From positions 59,339 through 123,338 of the forward strand of contig JAUCBJ010001979.1 of assembly GCA_032718475.1 (NCBI GenBank): DNA of 64,000 nt. The letters are read 5' to 3'. The notes beneath the pieces are model-generated. The model was given only the letters and a program-made list of their open reading frames with translations, was not told the DNA's origin and ran no database searches. The DNA comes from Nemertoderma westbladi (Eukaryota > Animalia > Xenacoelomorpha). The translations under genes and the position numbers were made by a program. Each line of letters begins with the position of its first letter. Position 1 is the first letter of the stretch. Of the stretch, positions 57,728-64,000 are shown in pieces.

Positions 57728-60700
57728 GACCATGAATAAGCCAAGGACAGCTCTACTACAGACCATGAATAAGCCAAGGACAGCTCTACTACAGACCATG
57801 AATAAGCCAATGAAAGCTGACAGCTCTACTACAGACTATGAATAAGCCAACGACAGCTCTACTACAGACCATGAATAAGCCAAGGACAGCTCTACTACAG
57901 ACCATGAATAAGCCAAGGACAGCTCTACTACAGACTATGAATAAGCCAAGGACAGCTCTACTACAGACCATGAATAAGCCAAGGACAGCTCTACTACAGA
58001 CCATGAATAAGCCAAGGACAGCTCTACTACAGACCATGAATAAGCCAAGGACAGCTCTACTACAGACCATGAATAAGCCTAGGACAGCTCTACTACAGAC
58101 CATGAATAAGCCAAGCAAAGCTCTACTACAGACCATGAATAAGCCAAGGAAAGCTCTACTACAGACCATGAATAAGCCTAGGATAGCTCTACTACGTACC
58201 ATGAATAAGCCAAGGACAACTCTACTGCAGACCATGAATAAGCCTAGGATAGCTCTACTACGTACCATGAATAAGCCTAGGACAGCTCTACTACAGACCA
58301 TGAATAAGCCAAGGACAGCTGACAGCATTACTACAGACTATGAATAAGCCAACGACAGCTCTACTACAGACCATGAATAAGCCAAGGACAGCTCTACTAC
58401 AGACCATGAATAACCCAAGGAAAGCTCTACTACAGACCATGAATAACCCAAGGAAAGCTCTACTACAGACTATGAATAAGCCAACGACAGCTCTACTACA
58501 GACCATGAATAAGCCAAGGACAGCTCTACTACAGACTATGAATAAGCAAAGGACAGCTCTACTACAGACCATGAATAAGCCAAGGAAAGATCTACTACAG
58601 ACCATGAATAAGCCAAGGACAGCTCTACTACAGACCATGAATAACCCAAGGAAAGCTCTACTACAGACTATGAATAAGCCAACGACAGCTCTACTACAGA
58701 CCATGAATAAGCCAAGGACAGCTCTACTACAGACCATGAATAAGCCAACGACAGCTCTACTACAGACCATGAATAAGCCAACGACAGCTCTACTACAGAC
58801 CATGAATAAGCCAAGGACAGCTCTACTACAGACCATGAATAAGCCAAGGACAGCTCTACTACAGACCATGAATAAGCCAAGGACAGCTCTACTACAGACC
58901 ATGAATAAGCCAAGGACAGCTCTACTACAGACCATGAATAAGCCAACGACAGCTCTACTACAGACCATGAATAAGCCAAGGACAGCTCTACTACAGACAA
59001 TGAATAAGCCAAGGAAACATCTACTACAGACCATGAATAAGCCAAGGACAGCCCTACTACAGACCATGAATAACCCAAGGACAGCTCTACTACAGACCAT
59101 GAATAAGCCAAGGAAAGCTGACAGCTCTACTACATACTATGAATAAGCCAAGGACAGCTCTACTACAGACCATGAAGAACCCAAGGACAGCTCTACTACA
59201 GACCATGAATAAGCCAAGGAAAGCTGACAGCTCTACTACAGACCATGAATAAGCCAAGGAAAGCTGACAGCTCTACTACAGACTATGAATAAGCCAAGGA
59301 CAGCTCTACTACAGACCATGAATAAGCCAAGGACAGCTCTACTACAGACCATGAATAAGCCAAGGACAGCTCTACTACAGACCATGAATAACCCAAGGAC
59401 AGCTCTACTACAGACCATGAATAAGCCAAGGACAGCTCTACTAGAGACCATGAATAACCCAAGGACAGCTCTACTACAGACCATGAATAAGCCAAGGAAA
59501 GCTGACAGCTCTACTACAGACCATGAATAACCCAAGGAAAGCTCTACTACAGACCATGAATAACCCAAGGAAAGCTCTACTACAGACTATGAATAAGCCA
59601 ACGACAGCTCTACTACAGACCATGAATAAGCCAAGGACAGCTCTACTACAGACCATGAATAAGCCAAGGACAGCTCTACTACAGACCATGAATAAGCCAA
59701 TGAAAGCTGACAGCTCTACTACAGACTATGAATAAGCCAACGACAGCTCTACTACAGACCATGAATAAGCCAAGGACAGCTCTACTACAGACCATGAATA
59801 AGCCAAGGACAGCTCTACTACAGACCATGAATAAGCCAAGGACAGCTCTACTACAGACCATGAATAAGCCAAGGACAGCTCTACTACAGACCATGAATAA
59901 CCCAAGGACAGCCCTACTACAGACCATGAATAACCCAAGGACAGCCCTACTACAGACCATGAATAACCCAAGGACAGCTCTACTACAGACCATGAATAAG
60001 CCAAGGACAGCTCTACTACAGACCATGAATAAGCCAAGGACAGCTCTACTACAGACCATGAATAAGCCAACGACAGCTCTACTACAGACCATGAATAAGC
60101 CAAGGACAGCTCTACTACAGACCATGAATAAGCCAAAGACAGCTCTACTACAGACCATGAATAAGCCAAGGACAGCTCTACTACAGACCATGAATAAGCC
60201 AATGAAAGCTGACAGCTCTACTACAGACTATGAATAAGCCAAGGACAGCTCTACTACAGACCATGAATAACCCAAGGACAGCTCTACTACAGACCATGAA
60301 TAAGCCAAGGACAGCTCTACTATAGACCATGAATAAGCCTAGGACAGCTCTACTACAGACCATGAATAAGCCAAGGACAGCTTTACTACAGACCATGAAT
60401 AAGCCAAGGACAGCTTTACTACAGACCATGAATAAGCCAAGGACAGCTCTACTACAGACCATGAATAAGCCAAGGACAGCTCTACTACAGACCATGAATA
60501 AGCCAAGGACAACTCTACTACAGACCATGAATAAGCCAAGGACAACTCTACTACAGACCATGAATAAGCCAAGGACAGCTCTACTACGTACCATGAATAA
60601 GCCAAGGACAACTCTACTACAGACCATGAATAAGCCTAGGACAGCTCTACTACAGACCATGAATAAGCCAAGCAAAGCTCTACTACAGACCATGAATAAG

Positions 60701-62198
60701 CCAAGGAAAGCTCTACTACAGACCATGAATAAGCCTAGGATAGCTCTACTACGTACCATGAATAAGCCAAGGACAGCTTTACTACAGACCATGAATAAGC
60801 CAAGGACAGCTCTACTACAGACCATGAATAAGCCAAGGACAGCTCTACTACAGACCATGAATAAGCCAAGGAAATATCTACTACAGACCATGAATAAGCC
60901 AAGGACAGCTCTACTAAAGACTATGAATAACCCAAGGACAGCTCTACTACAGACCATGAATAAGCCAAGGACAGCTCTACTACAGACCATGAATAAGCCA
61001 AGGACAGCTCTACTACAGACCATGAATAAGCCAAGGACAACTCTACTACAGACCATGAATAAGCCAAGGACAGCTCTACTACAGACCATGAATAACCCAA
61101 GGACAGCTCTACTACAGACCATGAATAAGCCAAGGACAGCTCTACTACAGACAATGAATAACCCAAGGACAACTCTACTACAGACCATGAATAAGCCAAG
61201 GACAGCTCTACTACAGACCATGAATAAGCCTAGTATAGCTCTACTACAGTCTATGAATAAGCCAACGACAGCTCTACTACAGACCATGAATAAGCCTAGG
61301 AAAGATCTACTTCAGACCATTAATAAGCCTAGTATAGCTCTACTACAGTCTATGAATAAGCCAACGACAGCTCTACTACAGACCATGAATAAGCCTAGTA
61401 TATCTCTACTACAGACCATGAATAAGCCTAGGGCAGCTCTACTACAGACCATGAATAAGCCAATGAAAGCTGACAGCTCTACTACAGACTATGAATAAGC
61501 CAACGACAGCTCTACTACAGACCATGAATAAGCCAAGGACAGCTATACTACAGACCATGAATAAGCCAAGAACAGCTCTACTACAGACCATGAATAAGCC
61601 AATGAAAGCTGACAGCTCTACTACAGACTATGAATAAGCTAACGACAGCTCTACTACAGACCATGAATAAGCCAATGAAAGCTGACAGCTCTACTACAGA
61701 CTATGAATAAGCCAACGACAGCTCTACTACAGACCATGAATAAGCCAAGGACAGCTCTACTACAGACCATGAATAAGCCAATGAAAGCTGACAGCTCTAC
61801 TACAGACTATGAATAAGCCAACGACAGCTCTACTACAGACCATGAATAAGCCAAGGACAGCTCTACTTCAGACTATGAATAAGCCAACGACAGCTCTACT
61901 ACAGACCATGAATAAGCCAAGGACAGCTCTACTACAGACCATGAATAAGCCAAGGACAGCTCTACTACAGACCATGAATAAGCCAAGGACAGCTCTACTA
62001 CAGACCACGAATAAGCCTAGGACAGCTCTACTACAGACCATGAATAAGCCAATGAAAGCTGACAGCTCTACTACAGACTATGAATAACCCAAGGACAGCT
62101 CTACTACAGACAATGAATAAGCCAAGGACAGCTCTACTACAGACCATAAATAAGCCAAGGACAGCTCTACTACAGACCATGAATAACCCAAGGACAGC
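57727..62198 (+). repeat. 33-bp satellite array, segment 3
   Basis: Resumes in register at AGACCATGAATAAG after the LINE tail and ends mid-monomer at CCCAAGGACAGC (62198). Confidence 0.99.
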
Positions 62199-62694
62199 AG
62201 TAGTAATGGTTTACCCTACTTCGGCGACAGTTTAGTCCTACTTCACACCTTGGGTGTTAAGTAGGTCATTAATTAATTAATCAATTATTTAATTGGTCGA
62301 TTAAACAATTAATTAATTGTTTAATCAATCGATTTGTATCAAATAATGTTGCCAAAGGCAATTTAATTTGATACAAATCAATCAGATAGGGACGCGAGAT
62401 GAATAAATTGTACTATAACAAACGAAATATACAATACAATAGGCACTGTGCGGCCCAGTTTGGCCCTGAGTCATCCCTCAATAATCTGTGGCTGTTTGGG
62501 CTCTTATTAACTATAGCATGACTAACCCAAACATCAATGCGTGAATGGGGCCTGCGTGAATGGGGCATGCCACAGAGCTTTAATTATTCAAACCTTCAGC
62601 TTCGTTATTACATCAATTCGTCCAAGAAATTATAATAAACATCTGCTCTTGCAATAGATTATTCTTCTTTCACAACTCCATTCTAACCTCCCTC

Positions 62695-62730
62695 TATAAA
62701 AGCCCCCAGTCACCGCATTCCCATTCATTC
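62695..62730 (+). promoter_or_regulatory. TATA box plus initiator upstream of the zinc-finger ORF
   Basis: TATAAAAG at 62695-62702 and TCATTC (TCAKTY-type Inr) at 62725-62730, with the Inr A 32 nt after the first T of TATA. ATG at 62842. Confidence 0.6.
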
Positions 62731-62841
62731 TCTAATTTTTATTTTTAAAAGTTTTATTTATTTTCATAAAAGTTTTATTTATTTAAAATTATGTAAAATC
62801 ATTTATCGAAAACTCATAATATCAATTGACATTGCTATATA

Positions 62842-63810
62842 ATGCCTAGTTATGAAAAATGTTTGGTTTGTAATAAAGAAATGAGACAAGACAATCTATC
62901 TCGTCACATGGAAAGACATAGAAAGGATAAACTAATGGATCCATTACCAAAGAAATTTAAAAAATCCGAAGATATTTTTAGTGAAGATGAAAAGAAAAAG
63001 AGAGTTGAGCGTGATATATTAAAGATAAAACAGACAACAGAAAATAAATTTCATAAAGTTATGAATATTTTGAAAAGGATACAAAAACAGTTACCCCTAG
63101 AAAATGATGAAAATTTGAGTGAGGAAAGTGAAGAAGAAGAGGACGATGAGATGGAGAATGAAAATAGTGAGGGTCAGGATGAAGTTGAAGAGAGTGAGGT
63201 TGAGAACGAAGTGAGTGAAGGTCAGGAAGATGACGAAGAAAGTGAAGGTCAGGAAGAGGGTGAAGATAGCGAAGGTCAGGAAGAGAATGAAGAAAGCGAA
63301 GGTCAGGAAGACGATGAAGAAAGTGAAGGTGGGGAAGAGTATGACGAAAGTGAAGGTCAGAAAGAGGATGAAGAAAGTGAAGGTCATGAAGAGGACGAAG
63401 AAAGTGAAGGTCAGGAAAGTGAAGAAGATGATGAAAATGATAATAATAAGGAAATATTGAGACAATTACTTGGAAATAAGAATAAATTGCGGAAAATTAT
63501 TAAACATTTAGAAGAGAATGATGAAAATAAAGAAGAGATATTGAGACAAATATTAGGAAACAAAAATCAAATACGGAAATTTATTAAACAAATGGAAGAA
63601 AATGAGGAAAATAGAGAAGAGATATTAAGACAGGTTCTGGGAAATAAAAGTAAATTACTGAAAATGAATGAACAATTGAATGAAATTAAGAAACAGTTGG
63701 TTAATGAGGAAGATGAAATTAAAGAAAATCAACCAGCTTTTACTTATTTTCGAAGACCTATAACATCAAACTCTCGTACAGTATTTGCTCGCGCAGGACG
63801 ACGCTATTGA
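62842..63810 (+). CDS. 322-aa protein: N-terminal C2H2 zinc finger, basic NLS-like patch, acidic 9-aa repeats, 28-aa helical repeats
   Basis: CLVC-x11-H-x3-H finger; PLPKKFKK patch; about 8 SEGQEDDEE-like repeats; three EILRQ(L/I/V)LGNK repeats with a 28-aa period. Intact 969-nt frame in very AT-rich DNA. Confidence 0.85.
   Translation: MPSYEKCLVCNKEMRQDNLSRHMERHRKDKLMDPLPKKFKKSEDIFSEDEKKKRVERDILKIKQTTENKFHKVMNILKRIQKQLPLENDENLSEESEEEEDDEMENENSEGQDEVEESEVENEVSEGQEDDEESEGQEEGEDSEGQEENEESEGQEDDEESEGGEEYDESEGQKEDEESEGHEEDEESEGQESEEDDENDNNKEILRQLLGNKNKLRKIIKHLEENDENKEEILRQILGNKNQIRKFIKQMEENEENREEILRQVLGNKSKLLKMNEQLNEIKKQLVNEEDEIKENQPAFTYFRRPITSNSRTVFARAGRRY
63214..63425 (+). repeat. 27-bp coding tandem repeat (SEGQEDDEE), about 8 copies
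   Basis: AGTGAAGGTCAGGAAGATGACGAAGAA-like units in frame within the ORF. Confidence 0.9.
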
Positions 63811-64000
63811 CATTTGTTTGTTTGAGTTCCTTTCATAATAGTATTAGGACTATTTATCCATAACATTTATATTAGTATTAGGATTATTTATCCCTAATTA
63901 TTATATTAGTATTATAAATGTATTTGCCAACAATATTTATTACTATTAGGTCTATTTATTCAAGAAATTATATGTTTTTATAATATATTTTGGAAAATTA

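Larger units (their letters stand above)
62199..64000 (+). mobile_element. Probable left end of a Polinton/Maverick (adintovirus-like) element
   Basis: The satellite stops mid-monomer and new sequence begins AGTAGT, the characteristic Polinton terminus. It is followed by a palindrome-rich AT-rich region and an intronless ORF. pPolB, integrase, capsid and the right TIR are not in the window. Confidence 0.6.

Noticed and set aside
148-62087. Hundreds of ORFs (MNKPRTALLQT)n, (MVCSRAVLGLF)n and (AYSWSVVELSL)n as repeat proteins
   Set aside because: A 33-bp unit is a multiple of 3 and stop-free in several frames on both strands. Frequent 40-bp monomers shift the frame and TAG variants occur, so there is no sign of coding constraint.
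63097-63465. Phe-rich minus ORF and Lys/Val-rich alternative plus ORF
   Set aside because: Alternate-frame readings of the GAA-rich acidic repeat.
63835-63915. Imperfect 34-bp repeat (TAGTATTAGGA..TATTTATCC) after the zinc-finger ORF
   Set aside because: Only about 2.3 degenerate AT-rich copies, with no supportable function.

Overview
Eukaryotic (animal-type) heterochromatin-like window. About 56 kb is one 33-bp tandem satellite (consensus CCATGAATAAGCCAAGGACAGCTCTACTACAGA) in a single orientation, with 40/39/36/30-bp length variants and nested higher-order repeats and duplications. Nearly all ORFs in the supplied track are translation artefacts of it. Three foreign inserts interrupt the array, all in its last 20 kb. 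(1) An unexplained 2.3-kb AT-rich insert (43984-46310) bounded by ATGAC direct repeats, carrying 53-bp and 43-bp minisatellites and a signal-peptide-like ORF that ends at a splice-donor consensus. (2) A 5'-truncated but uninterrupted CR1-group (L2/Crack-like) LINE (54004-57726) with a 10-aa repeat fused in frame to APE-RT, several atypical RT motif residues and about 139 bp of satellite missing at the site. (3) From 62199 to the window end, a sequence that starts AGTAGT, is rich in palindromes and carries a TATA/Inr-preceded C2H2-finger acidic-repeat gene; it is best read as the left end of a Polinton/Maverick, but the diagnostic genes and right end lie outside the window. No CRISPR, tRNA or rRNA is supported.
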